From positions 1 to 37,040 of IMG/VR virus record IMGVR_UViG_3300028585_000526: a stretch of 37,040 nt of DNA; one strand, written 5' to 3'. Positions 8,899-19,112 of this stretch are shown here, in pieces. The number at the start of each line of letters is the position of its first letter. Position 1 is the first letter of the stretch. Position numbers and translations under genes: made by a program. The notes beneath the pieces were generated by a model. The model was not told the DNA's origin. It searched no databases and was given only the letters and a program-made list of their open reading frames with translations. The DNA is from a virus (taxonomy: Duplodnaviria > Caudoviricetes).

Positions 8899-8920
8899 AA
8901 AAAGCCCGCACGCGGCGGGT
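8899..8920 (-). terminator. Intrinsic terminator inside the late operon
   Basis: ACCCGC-N5-GCGGGC-TTTTT on the minus strand. Confidence 0.7.
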
Positions 8921-8947
8921 GAATGTCGATCAGCGATGTGCAGGCGA

Positions 8948-9736
8948 TCAGATGGCGATGCCGTAAACGCTGCCAATGAAGTCGCGGACGTCAGCGCGGG
9001 CGGCTTCCTGACCCGCCTTGCGGATCGGGACGTTCAAGATCTGCACGTCCGCGATCAAGCCGTTGAACGGCGTGGAGGGAACGCCCCCCGGAAGGTTGCC
9101 GTAGCCGATGAAGAACTGGTTGTTCACGACCGCCTTCAGATCCGGATCGATGATCGTCACCGGCGGGCCGTCATCCACCGACACGTCCAGCGCCCCGGTC
9201 GCGCCGTCGAAGGTGCCGATCACCACATGCCATTTGCCGGGGGTCAGCCCGCCCACGGCAGGGTTGCCCGTGGCCTCGGCTCCGTTCGCGACCTGATGAC
9301 GGGCGCGGGCCTGCCCGGTTTCGGCATAGAGGCGGTGGTGGGCTTGGGTCGTGGACGTGTTGCCGATGATCGTGCCGTCGCCTGTGGCCTGCGGCGAGAC
9401 GTAGACCACGGCAATCTTGCTGTAGGCAGCCACGGGAAACTCGCCATTGTAGCGCAGACCATGCGCCGAGAAGATCCCGGCACTGTGCCCGTTGATGGCG
9501 TTCGGCTGCAAGCGGGGCCGCACCGCCGCACCGGGTTCGGCAAAGTTGCGCCCCCGCCCGCAACGGTCGATCAGCGTCTGGATGGCCCCGTTGCCGTCCT
9601 GCGTCACGAACTCGGGGCGGAACGAATACCAGGCATGCAGCCAAGACTGCGCGGGAAGATAGGTGGCCCAGTCCCGCACGATGCGCAGGCGCGGCGACGG
9701 GTCGGTCAGGGTGAAAGGAAAGGTGATAACGCTCAT
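8948..9736 (-). CDS. Concanavalin A / LamG-like lectin-fold protein
   Basis: GKWHVVIGTFD....LDVSVDD, FFIG, FNGLIADVQI pattern. Confidence 0.75.
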   Translation of the reverse strand: MSVITFPFTLTDPSPRLRIVRDWATYLPAQSWLHAWYSFRPEFVTQDGNGAIQTLIDRCGRGRNFAEPGAAVRPRLQPNAINGHSAGIFSAHGLRYNGEFPVAAYSKIAVVYVSPQATGDGTIIGNTSTTQAHHRLYAETGQARARHQVANGAEATGNPAVGGLTPGKWHVVIGTFDGATGALDVSVDDGPPVTIIDPDLKAVVNNQFFIGYGNLPGGVPSTPFNGLIADVQILNVPIRKAGQEAARADVRDFIGSVYGIAI

Positions 9737-11520
9737 GCGACGGGTTCCTGAAATGCGACAAGCCAGTTGGGAAGGGTCGCGCCCGGCACCGTGACGGAGC
9801 GGGCGGGATCAGTGTCACGGATGTTGCCCCATGCACCGGGGCGGGAGCCGTAGCCCGTGCCGGTCGAGGTGTAGGCATAGGCGAGGGTGCCACCCGCCTC
9901 GGCATCGAGGGTGATCGTGATCGTCCGGGCCGCTGCATCCGCAAGAGCGGCCGAGACGATGTTGGCCCCGCTGTATTCGAAGCCGAGATTAGCCTGCGCG
10001 GGCAGCGTCGTGGTGTCGACCTCGATGCTGTGCCCGTAGGGGGTCCGCAGGGTCAGGGTGATGATCCTGCCGTTGCGGACGATGTTTTGCGGCATGGTGG
10101 GCCGGAAGCCGGTATTGCCAAGGCCGACGATCTGATTGTGCGCCCGCGCCTGATACTCCCCCAGAAGGGCCGTGGAGCGTGGTTCGAGGTGGACCGTGTC
10201 GACCAGTTCCGCCCAATACTTCGCGCAGGACATGTAGAAGCCGGGAATGTCCCGCATGGCCTCGTATTGCGCGATGGCTGCCGGAGTGCCGGGACCTGCC
10301 GTCGTGCTGGCGGACACCTGGTCGATGATCAGCGCGATGTCCGGATGCCCGTCCGGCAGCAACGGCAGGTAGGCCGCATTGTAGCTGTTGCGCAGCTTGA
10401 CCAGTTCGGCCTTGTAGACCTCCTTCGTCAAAGCCCGGTCCTGCTCTCCTTGCGTCCACATCACCGCAGGCAAACGCACGTCGCGGCCATAGCCTGCCGC
10501 GATGGCGATGGTCTTTTGCAGTTCCACCACGCCGTTCTGGAACGACTGGCTGTTCTGCTGAAGATCCACGATGCTGGTCCCGCCGCGACCGTGGCCACGC
10601 CAGACCATGTCCTTCAGGGTGCCGTTGTCTGCGTTGAGGCGGGCCAGCTGCGCCATCATGGACGATCCGGGAACCTGACCCTGCCCACCTTCCGAATAGT
10701 GGTCCTGCGCAGGCACGAAATCCACAATTTTGGAGGCATCAAGTGAGTCACCCCCTGCACCGCGCAGGCCGGTATTCAGCATGAAGCCGTATGGGGTGTA
10801 GGGGGAGGTCGAGAGCATCGGCGGATCGGCCAGGACAGCACGACTTCCGAGCGACAGGCTCTGCCCCGACTGCCAGATCAGCAGGATGGTGTCGGCGACG
10901 GACGCGCGGCCAAGGGCGCTTGCGCCGGCACCGATGCCGAGGTCCGCCCGCAACGATGCCAGCGACTTTGGCGTCAGCGGCCCCAGATCCACCTCGCCCG
11001 TTCTGACGTGGATCCCAAGCGCACGGGACCGGGATTCATCCAGCATGCGCAGTGCTACGATATCCAGCACCTGATCCTCGCCGGGCTTGACCAGCGGCAC
11101 GGCAATGCCTGCGCCATACAAATCAAGCGCAGTCGCCCGCAGGGTTTGCGCGTCCAAGGCCCCCAGCGACAGAAGGCCAGTCACCTTGCTGAGCGCAAAC
11201 AGCCGAGCGCGGGCGGGGTCATCCCGATCCCCGGTCAGGAAGATATCGACATAGCCGTCTTCACCCGCGATAGCGTTGCGGATGTCGATCGCATCACCGC
11301 CCAGCTGATCGCTGATCGCGCCAGCGAGGGCATTGCGGGCATTGGCTTCCGCGATCAAATCGGATTTGCCAGCTTTTTCGTCCGCCTTCGAATCTAGACT
11401 ATTCAGGTCGTCATAAACCACGCCGAGCGTGCGGTTCACTTCGCCCTCGAGGTTTGCGATGGTCGCGCCGACGCTATCGCCGCCCGCCGCAAGCGTCAGC
11501 TTCATCGTGGGTCTGTTCAT
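9733..11520 (-). CDS. Tail fibre/spike with SGNH (SASA/DUF303-like) acetylesterase domain
   Basis: GQS (block I), GRGGT (block II), WTQGEQD (block III), DTVH catalytic DxxH. Confidence 0.8.
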   Translation of the reverse strand: MNRPTMKLTLAAGGDSVGATIANLEGEVNRTLGVVYDDLNSLDSKADEKAGKSDLIAEANARNALAGAISDQLGGDAIDIRNAIAGEDGYVDIFLTGDRDDPARARLFALSKVTGLLSLGALDAQTLRATALDLYGAGIAVPLVKPGEDQVLDIVALRMLDESRSRALGIHVRTGEVDLGPLTPKSLASLRADLGIGAGASALGRASVADTILLIWQSGQSLSLGSRAVLADPPMLSTSPYTPYGFMLNTGLRGAGGDSLDASKIVDFVPAQDHYSEGGQGQVPGSSMMAQLARLNADNGTLKDMVWRGHGRGGTSIVDLQQNSQSFQNGVVELQKTIAIAAGYGRDVRLPAVMWTQGEQDRALTKEVYKAELVKLRNSYNAAYLPLLPDGHPDIALIIDQVSASTTAGPGTPAAIAQYEAMRDIPGFYMSCAKYWAELVDTVHLEPRSTALLGEYQARAHNQIVGLGNTGFRPTMPQNIVRNGRIITLTLRTPYGHSIEVDTTTLPAQANLGFEYSGANIVSAALADAAARTITITLDAEAGGTLAYAYTSTGTGYGSRPGAWGNIRDTDPARSVTVPGATLPNWLVAFQEPVA

Positions 11521-11541
11521 GGTGTCTCCGATGAATGAGGC

Positions 11542-13710
11542 TCAGGGATCGATGACGATCCGGTGCGGCCCGTTTGGCCGTCCGAGCGAGTAGGTTTGCG
11601 TTATTGGCACCGCCCAAAGGTAGGCGGGTCCGGAGGCGACCTCCGTGAAGCTGGACGCAATCGGCATGCCGGGTTGCAGCGCCACGCTTTGCCGCACGAG
11701 GGTTGCGGATGCGAAGTCCGGCGTATCCGCTCGGAAGATGCGCACCCCATAGAAAGCCCCGTTTTCCGGAGCCTTGGCCGTCAGGTCGAACCTGCGAATC
11801 CCACCCGTGAACTTCACGGCCGCCAAGGCAAATTCCCGCGCCAAACCCGGCACGACGATCCAGCCGGATTCGCCGCGTGTCCCGACCGCACGGATGCGGA
11901 AGTCCTGAAGCGCAGTCTGCGACAGGATGGCCCCGAAGGCAGTGATGCGGGTGGCCTCCCCCGAAGGGGTGATGCGGCCCGTTTCATCCGACCAGTCGTC
12001 CCCATCCAGTCGCAACTGCCACTCGTAAGACGTGACGGACCCGGAGGGCGAGGCATCGAACTGGACGCGAAAGCGCGGGACCAGAGCACCGGCGGCGGTC
12101 TGATCGAACATGTCGCGCATATCCACGGCAACATTGGCGGGCGGCTGGACCTCGCGCGTCTTCACGTCAAGCTCGTATTCCTCCACTTCCTTCTCCTCCG
12201 TTTCCGGATCGAAGGCGTAGACGGCGTCCGATGTCTCGCGCAGGCTCATCTGGCAGCGGTAGGCCGCGCCCCCGTCATCCTTCAGGTCAGCCTGTGGCAT
12301 GGTGCTTTCCACCTCCCACAGCCCCGACCATCGGGCGAATGGGGCAGGCAGGACCGTCCGCGTCCATGAACCCGCGACCAGATCGAAGGCTTCCGGTGGA
12401 AACTCCGCAGTGATTGCGCGTTGCATCCGCGTCCGCATCAGCAGGATCTTCTGAACCCGCTGGCCCTGCCGGTGATCGGTGATCAGCGACAGGTCAGGCT
12501 GCAAGGGCTGCACCAATCCGCCATCCACCTCCTGCGCACCGGCCAAGGTAAAGGTTGGCAGCGCCGTATCCTCATACCCCCGATCCGGGGCCAGATAGGT
12601 TCCGGTGACCGAGGTCGCCAGCTTGTCACGCTCCTGATACCGTTGCAGGTTCGCGCCGCTTCCCACCAGCATTTCCGTCAACACGGCGGCGGGTGCCTGC
12701 GGGCAGCCGGGGATGATGCCAAGCTGGCCACGGGCACGGACGAACCGTGCAGCGCCCGCGATCAGCATCGGGTCCAGCTGATCTTCCAGTTCCGCTCCTT
12801 CGGCATAGACGACGGTGCCGTTGATCTCGTAACGCGGGATCGTGCCCCCGCCCTTCACGCCGACACGCTCATCTGCCACATCCGCCGCCCACCGCCACGT
12901 CTCCAGCCACAGATGCCGGTCGGCATAGGGCTTTATGGGATTATGCCGCAGGGCGTCGAGGGTGCAGAGCGAGTGGTTCGCGGACCACTTCCATGTGGTC
13001 GGATCATCCGCCTTCTGCGCCGGATCGCGCATATCCCACACCCGCGACCACTTGCCATTGACGACCACGTCCGGGGGCGTGGCGGGCCATCGCTCCGCCC
13101 GCGTCTTCGTGTTGCCCGTTTTCAGTTGCAACCACAGGACAGTCAGCCCACGCCATGCATCCGTGGCGCGGTAATGGTCAGGCATCTCATCAAGGAACAA
13201 CTGGGGGATCGTCACCTGATCACCACGACCAATCCAGACCTTCACATGACCGGCGAAGGGCTTGTTCGTGGCCGTGGCCCCCGGTCCCGCGAAGTTGAAA
13301 GGATCGCCCGCAAGCTCAACCTCGCGCTTGTCGAACATCAGCGCGAACGGTCCCTCACTTGGGCGGCTGTTCAAGATCCAGCACCCGAACATGGTGTTAC
13401 CCTTGACCGCGATGCCGGTTGGCGTTCCTACCGCCCAGCCTTCCCCATAGACGAACCGATAGGCGGGCAGGCTGCTGTCCTGCCTCAAACCACGTGCGGC
13501 ACTGGTTCCGCTTGTGGCGGGCTTTCCTCGTATGGCACCCGCCGCCATTTGAAGGGCAGTCGAGGTCAGAAGACTTGCGGCGACACCGGCGATGTAGGTG
13601 TTCACCCCCCAGCCGACCAAAGTAGATGCCACTGCTGCCGTGATCGGATCGGCGGAGGCCATTCCGGGAATAGCCAGCAGCACTGCTACCAGCGCAATCA
13701 AACGCACCAT
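11542..13710 (-). CDS. Tail tip / host-specificity hub protein (gpJ-like) with FN3-like C-terminus
   Basis: RFVYG, VWDMRD, WKWSAN, RYEING motifs; position in the tail-tip cluster. Confidence 0.85.
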   Translation of the reverse strand: MVRLIALVAVLLAIPGMASADPITAAVASTLVGWGVNTYIAGVAASLLTSTALQMAAGAIRGKPATSGTSAARGLRQDSSLPAYRFVYGEGWAVGTPTGIAVKGNTMFGCWILNSRPSEGPFALMFDKREVELAGDPFNFAGPGATATNKPFAGHVKVWIGRGDQVTIPQLFLDEMPDHYRATDAWRGLTVLWLQLKTGNTKTRAERWPATPPDVVVNGKWSRVWDMRDPAQKADDPTTWKWSANHSLCTLDALRHNPIKPYADRHLWLETWRWAADVADERVGVKGGGTIPRYEINGTVVYAEGAELEDQLDPMLIAGAARFVRARGQLGIIPGCPQAPAAVLTEMLVGSGANLQRYQERDKLATSVTGTYLAPDRGYEDTALPTFTLAGAQEVDGGLVQPLQPDLSLITDHRQGQRVQKILLMRTRMQRAITAEFPPEAFDLVAGSWTRTVLPAPFARWSGLWEVESTMPQADLKDDGGAAYRCQMSLRETSDAVYAFDPETEEKEVEEYELDVKTREVQPPANVAVDMRDMFDQTAAGALVPRFRVQFDASPSGSVTSYEWQLRLDGDDWSDETGRITPSGEATRITAFGAILSQTALQDFRIRAVGTRGESGWIVVPGLAREFALAAVKFTGGIRRFDLTAKAPENGAFYGVRIFRADTPDFASATLVRQSVALQPGMPIASSFTEVASGPAYLWAVPITQTYSLGRPNGPHRIVIDP

Positions 13711-14090
13711 GCTGCCTCAACCTCCGTGACAAAACTGAACCCTGCGTCCGCCTTCGCGGCCCACAGGTCGCCCAGCCCGATGGCAAGGCTGAAGCCCTTC
13801 CCGTTCGGGATCAGGCCGATGGCACCGAGACCACCCCCCGAACGGAGGCCTGCATCGTGCGCGAGGCGGTGCGCGAATATCCGCAACCCGCCCATTCTCT
13901 GGATCAGCCGCCGAGCGCCTGTCCGGTCGTCATAGGTGCCACGCACCCGTTCCATGGGATCGATGACATGCAGGGCCGCAAAGGCCGCGCAGGGGGCCGA
14001 GCAGCAATCGGACAGGCCCCAGACAAAGGGACCGCCCATATGCTCCTCCACCGCCGCCATGACATCGTCTGGCGTCAGCTTTCCGGCCAT
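13698..14090 (-). CDS. Tail-tip NlpC/P60-like protein (DUF6950-like)
   Basis: PFVWGLSDCC and RGTY motifs; synteny. Confidence 0.7.
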   Translation of the reverse strand: MAGKLTPDDVMAAVEEHMGGPFVWGLSDCCSAPCAAFAALHVIDPMERVRGTYDDRTGARRLIQRMGGLRIFAHRLAHDAGLRSGGGLGAIGLIPNGKGFSLAIGLGDLWAAKADAGFSFVTEVEAAWCV

Positions 14091-14668
14091 GTGATCGTTT
14101 CGCGCCGCAGGGACGCCAGCGCAGTCAGACGGCCCGCCGTATCGCCGGGATGCCGCCGCGCCTGATCCTGGTCTGAATGATAGACCGAAGCCGACGACCG
14201 CGCACCGGGGCCAGTCGCCAAACCCACCGTGATCGAGGATATGACATTGTCGCCATCAGGTTCGAACGTCAGCCCCGCCGCGTCCATCGCGCCATGAAAG
14301 ACTGCGACCGGATCGCTGATCAGCTGCGCCCCCGCTGTGCCGGGACGTGCGGTCAGTGAACCCCAATAAAAGGCCGCTTCACGGTTCCGGATGGCATCAT
14401 CCATGTAAGCGTCCAGATCTTCGGGACTGGCCTGCAACGTGACCGAAGCCTCCGCCGTCACCATCGATCCGCCCCCCTCGTCTGGAATGCTGATCGACCC
14501 GAACGCCCCCACACCTTTCCAGTCACGACCGCCCCATGTCAGGACGCCCTTGGCCGAATGGACGAACACGGGTGCCCCCGGCCAGTCCAGATGCACGAAC
14601 AAGACGGGATATGTCGTGCCTGCCATTGCCGCCAACATCGCCGGGGGCACACCACGTCTCAATTCCAT
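14075..14668 (-). CDS. Tail-tip/hub protein (DUF2163-like)
   Basis: LTWGGRDWKGVG, SDQDQARRHPGD motifs; synteny. Confidence 0.75.
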   Translation of the reverse strand: MELRRGVPPAMLAAMAGTTYPVLFVHLDWPGAPVFVHSAKGVLTWGGRDWKGVGAFGSISIPDEGGGSMVTAEASVTLQASPEDLDAYMDDAIRNREAAFYWGSLTARPGTAGAQLISDPVAVFHGAMDAAGLTFEPDGDNVISSITVGLATGPGARSSASVYHSDQDQARRHPGDTAGRLTALASLRRETITWPES

Positions 14669-15387
14669 GGGTCGATCTCCTGAAAGCCTCCGACTTCGTC
14701 TGCGAAGACCTCACGGAAAGACCAGTCATAAGGGGTGAAGGCATTGCCAGCCCGCCCCCCGCGCGGAATGGACAGGGCCTCGAATACCGCGGACTCGCGG
14801 ACGCCGATGCTGACCTCTCCCTCCGCAGCCGTGATGGTTCCCGCGACCCGCACCACGGCGACCCCGTTCTTGTTGGATCGGGCCGGTGCGGCGATCATGT
14901 AGGTCTGCCCTGCAAACTGGATAAACTCTCCCGGCACACCGATCAGGCTGTCGGTTGGCAAGCCTTCCACACGAAGTTGAGGCACGGGGCCACCATCGAC
15001 ACGCGCACCACTCAAACGTGCGCCGAGAAAGAACAGGACTGGGGCAGCAGGCCGGGTCCATTCCACACGCTTATCCCCGTCCGACCAGCGCACCGGGATT
15101 GTCTGGCGCATGGCATCGGCCACATCCGTCCGGCCATAGGGTATCTTGCAACTGGTCAGCCGCACCAGATGCACCCCGCCGTCGAGATACCGCTTCAACG
15201 CCTCCATGTATCCCGCGCCGTAATGCTTCGCGCCACTGACAGTCAGGTCCACGAGGCGACGGCGAGGCTGGTGGGCGCTGACCCACCGCCGTCCCGTGAT
15301 CAGCGACCGCGAGACATTGATGGGGGCATGGATCGTCCAGTCGTGCGAGATGACCCCCACCGGGGGCCATGCAAACACCTTCGTCAT
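14659..15387 (-). CDS. Putative distal tail protein
   Basis: Follows the tape-measure gene; ATG at 15387 overlaps its TGA. Confidence 0.7.
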   Translation of the reverse strand: MTKVFAWPPVGVISHDWTIHAPINVSRSLITGRRWVSAHQPRRRLVDLTVSGAKHYGAGYMEALKRYLDGGVHLVRLTSCKIPYGRTDVADAMRQTIPVRWSDGDKRVEWTRPAAPVLFFLGARLSGARVDGGPVPQLRVEGLPTDSLIGVPGEFIQFAGQTYMIAAPARSNKNGVAVVRVAGTITAAEGEVSIGVRESAVFEALSIPRGGRAGNAFTPYDWSFREVFADEVGGFQEIDPWN

Positions 15388-17649
15388 TTCAGCCATCCCT
15401 TCCCGCTTTTCTGCATCCCCGACATCGTGGCCGACCGCGCCTTGGCCACGATGCCGGGGGTCTCTTCGCGCAGCACCCTCCGGAACCGTTCCGCCTCCCC
15501 CTCTGCCGCACCTCTGGCGTCAACAGGCATGTGGAAACTGAAGGTGTCGCCCGAACCCCGCAGGGCGGACAGTGGCCGTGCCCGCTCACGCCCGCCCGCC
15601 AGCGCGGCCTGCGCTTGCGGCACGGTCAGGATGGCCCCGCCGCCGGATGGCACAAACAATTCCGAACGGCCTGTGCCCTCGTTGACCAGATAAGGCTGCC
15701 CGCTGTTCACGCTGCCGCCCACCGCCCGCTGGCCCTTGGGGGTCAGCCATGACCCGAGAGTGGAGACAGCATTGCCGAACCAGCCACCGCCACCGGATGC
15801 TGCTGCCAATCCGTTCTGCAGCTGCACTTCCGCCAGCCGCTCCAGCAGACCGGCAAGGTGTTCCTTCACCCCATCGGCTCCGTCGCGGATGCTCATGAAC
15901 AGACCGGCGATGGCGTCCCGCCCTGTCTCCGCCTGGTCTTCAAGTTCGCGCATCTTGTCGGTCAGGTCTTCGACGTTCTGCGCCGCACTGATATAGGTTG
16001 CCGCCTGCTTCTCGATCTCCGCCGTCAGTTCCGGCGTGATCTTCTTTCCGTCCTTCTGCGCGGCATAAAGCAGTTCGGCCCGTCGCCGTGCATATTCGAT
16101 CGCATCGGCGTATTCATATCCCGCCCCTGCAACGATGACCAAAGATGCGGCCTCCGCGTTCAGTGCGGCGGTTTCTTCCTTGATCGCCTCGACGCGGGCC
16201 TTGTATTCGCTTTCGTCCTTCTTGGCCCCGCCGCCCTTGCCCTTGTCCTTATCTTCCAGACCGTAGGCAAAGTTTTCGGACGCTTCAAAACTGGCCCTGT
16301 CCGGACGTTGTGAGGCGCGGTCCGGCAGTTCCACGTCCGGATTGCGCCAGACTTCCTGCACCGGCCCGAACTGTTCTCCACCCGCAGCATCGTCACCAGG
16401 CATCGCGGCACCGGCTTCGCGGGCTAAGCCGATGATACCGCGAAGGACGCCACCGAGGATTCCGAGGCGGGCCTGCACAGCATCGAAAGCCACGCCGTCC
16501 ACATCGTTCAAAGCCGTTGCAGCATCAGCCGCGCGTGCTTCGATATCCTTTACCTGTTCAGCCAATTCCGGTCCCTTGATGGCACCTTGCATATAGGCCG
16601 CAGCGACCCGTTCCAATTCGTCCGCAAGTGACGATACCGCTGTCGCGCCTTCCATCCCGTCTGCCGCATCGGCGAGGTTTCGCAGTTCCTGCGCAAGCAC
16701 CGCCGCCTGATACTGGATGTCCGCGAAGCCTTGGGACAGATCGCCTTCAGCCTTGTCCATCGTCAGGCTATCAATGGCATCCTTCACGTCAGCGACCGTC
16801 AGCTTGAAGTCGCCAATCTCCAAAAGCGTCGAAAGGTTTTCACCGAAATTGACGATCCCCTGCTGAAGGTTGACGGAGATGATTTTCGCCAAGGCATCGA
16901 ACTTTTCGTTGATGACCGTGGCCCGCTGTATCCACTCCTCATCCAGCACAACACCGAGGTCACGTGCCCGCTGGAGGGTTGCCCGTAGTTTGCCTTCGCC
17001 CTGCCCCAGCAGTTCGACAAACCGTTCGCCACCCTCCCCGCCCAAAAGCCTCGTCAAAGACGCGTATCTGCGCAGCCTTATCGAGGCTTTGGGTCCGGTT
17101 GATCAATTCCAGCATAAGTTCGGAAGGGTCTTTCAACCGCCGCGACAAATCTTCCGGATCGAACCCGAGCCGTTTGAATGCATCCGCACCCCCGCCCGAA
17201 CCCGTCGATATGAATTCGTCCGCGCGAAGTTGAAGCTCCCGAAATGAATCGACCATGGCGTCTATCTCGACGCGGTTGGCTTCGGCTACGAAAGCCCATT
17301 CCTGAAACTGCTCGACGCCCAGACCAGCACGATTAGACTGATTACCGATATCGGCCATTGCCCGAACGGTTTCCCGCAATCCCGTTGTCAGGACACCCAC
17401 CCCCGCCGTGGCAGCACCCATTGCCATACCGCTGGCAAGGTTCTTCCCGTATGCAGCCGCACTGTCCGACATGGCTCGAAGGCGACCGTCCAGCCGCTGA
17501 ACCGACTGTTCCGTGCCCTTCAGCTGCCGGTTCGCATCGTTCGTGAAACGGGCGATCAGGCGGTTGTTCCGCTCCATGGAGCGATGGAGGTCGCGATCCT
17601 TGGCCTGCAACAGGATCGTGATGCGTTGGAGCGTTTCATTGTCAGCCAT
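15384..17649 (-). pseudogene. Tail tape-measure protein split by a 1-nt frameshift near 17041-17043 (real mutation or sequencing error)
   Basis: ORFs 16960..17649 and 15384..17057 fuse into ...RVFDEAF-GGEGGERFVELLG... (754 aa) if one G is removed from TTTGGGCGGG; Ala-rich helical sequence; C-terminal RAVGGSV..GQPYLVNE.GRSELFVP. Confidence 0.8.
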
Positions 17650-18210
17650 AGCGCCTCACCAGTTCCTCATATTCATCATCGGTCGGTGGCGCGACATAAT
17701 CGCCCGCCTGCGCCTCGTTCCATGCCGCGATCAGCAAATCTGTCTCCGCTGGCGTCATGGCCCGCACTTCGGCGGGCAGCCGCCCCATCACTCCGACGAT
17801 GTTTCGGATTCGGCTTCCGGCATCATATCGACCGGATCGCTGCTGCCGGGGCTGTGCGATCCATCCGACTTTTTTGCCGCTTCCACCTCGACCGGAAAGA
17901 AGGCCCCGCCAAGTGCGCGGAACGCGATGCCGTGCAGGGAGAAGTTTTCGGAAGGCGGCAGGGACGCCACCAGTTCATCCGCTGCCCGATCCGACATACC
18001 GCCGCCGACCAGCGCCAGCGCCACCAGATCACGGATATGCCGCGCCTGCGGGGGCGAACGACGCCCTGTCAGCTGGTCCCACAACTCGAAAACGCCAAAG
18101 GGCGCGTATTGCGCTTCGAAGCGTTCGATCTCCCCATTGCGAAGAGCGAGGCGGCGGACTTTTCCGCCGACCTCCTCTTCGTGCTGCGGGGCTGTGCCCG
18201 CAATCGCCAT
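17642..18210 (-). CDS. Extended tail chaperone (gpGT-like, 189 aa) made by -1 frameshift at 17869-17875
   Basis: A_AAA_AAG heptamer; the -1 frame stays open to TGA at 17642 (..PAEVRAMTPAE..EYEELVRRYG). Confidence 0.8.
17788..18210 (-). CDS. Tail assembly chaperone (gpG-like, GTA-gp10-like)
   Basis: Lies between the tail tube and tape-measure genes; ALVGGGM motif. Confidence 0.85.
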   Translation of the reverse strand: MAIAGTAPQHEEEVGGKVRRLALRNGEIERFEAQYAPFGVFELWDQLTGRRSPPQARHIRDLVALALVGGGMSDRAADELVASLPPSENFSLHGIAFRALGGAFFPVEVEAAKKSDGSHSPGSSDPVDMMPEAESETSSE

Positions 18211-18635
18211 CAGGCCGCCTCTTCGCGGGTGAAGGTGACCGGCCCCGTGGACGCTGCCGACAGGCTGAAGGTCACCCCGCCGGTCTGTTCTCCGCCAAAC
18301 TCGCTCGACTGGACGAAGAAGGCCGCTTCAAACATACCGAAGTTCGGCACGATGATCTGCAATTCTGCCACCGGGGGCGAAGACATGGCAATCTCCGCCA
18401 AGGTCGCTTCGGCATCATCCTTCTTGGAAATACCGTTACCGGACAAGCTGACCCGCTTGACGCTGTCCAGAACCTCCGACCACATCGCATTGTCCGGATC
18501 TTCGCAGTCCGCTGTTGTGACATCGATCTCTTCGTTGTTGATCGTCAGCGTCTTGGTGGTCAGCCCACAGAGGACGTCATACTCCGTCGCGGACTTGATC
18601 TTGACCAGGAGCTTGCGCCCCTTCTGTTTCGCCAT
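18210..18635 (-). CDS. Major tail tube protein (TP901-1 type)
   Basis: QKGRKLLVK, INNEEIDVTTAD, SLSGNG, VTFSLSAASTGPVTF. Confidence 0.9.
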   Translation of the reverse strand: MAKQKGRKLLVKIKSATEYDVLCGLTTKTLTINNEEIDVTTADCEDPDNAMWSEVLDSVKRVSLSGNGISKKDDAEATLAEIAMSSPPVAELQIIVPNFGMFEAAFFVQSSEFGGEQTGGVTFSLSAASTGPVTFTREEAA

Positions 18636-18689
18636 GATGGCCTCCTATGCTGGAAATGGGCCGTGGCCCGTGGTGCCGATCCGGCTGGA

Positions 18690-19112
18690 TCAGGCGATGG
18701 GGGCGACCGACGCTTCGAAGGCGACGATGCCGAGGTAGGATTTCCCGTCCGAAGAGCGGGCGGTGTAGGACGTGAGGATCTGGCACCAGTCGAGGTCGAA
18801 CCCCTCCACCGGCATTTCATCCTCGCGCTCGTCCAGCAGCACCGCGACGATGGCCGCGATGCCGGTTGCTTCCACACGACCGGACGTGTTGGGCTTGGAA
18901 TGGACCTCTATGGAAAAGCCGACATCCCAATCCCTGCCGCCGTCCGTCTTGTTCGGCGTCACGTCCATGTTGCCGAGGCGAACGAAGGGAAAGCCCGCGT
19001 CACCGGGCGGTTCGTCGTAGATGCGGTTGCCGACAACGGCGGTCAGGCTTGCCGCCCCTCGTAACCGCGCCACCAAGGCCCGCTGCAAAGCGCCTGCGGG
19101 ATTTTCAGCCAT
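18690..19112 (-). CDS. Tail terminator/completion protein (DUF3168-like)
   Basis: LQRALVARL, RIYDEPP...FPFVRLG. Confidence 0.85.
   Translation of the reverse strand: MAENPAGALQRALVARLRGAASLTAVVGNRIYDEPPGDAGFPFVRLGNMDVTPNKTDGGRDWDVGFSIEVHSKPNTSGRVEATGIAAIVAVLLDEREDEMPVEGFDLDWCQILTSYTARSSDGKSYLGIVAFEASVAPIA

Noticed and set aside
6917-13710. Diversity-generating retroelement or invertible tail-fibre cassette
   Set aside because: No reverse transcriptase, invertase, TR/VR pair or flanking inverted repeats seen
15384-17057. Independent 557-aa gene starting at TTG 17057
   Set aside because: No convincing RBS; the sequence reads as the continuation of the upstream tape-measure N-terminus
7682-19064. 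Long plus-strand ORFs (7682..8899, 12421..13935, 14536..15693, 17584..18738, 17757..19064)
   Set aside because: Shadows of well-supported minus-strand tail genes in GC-rich DNA
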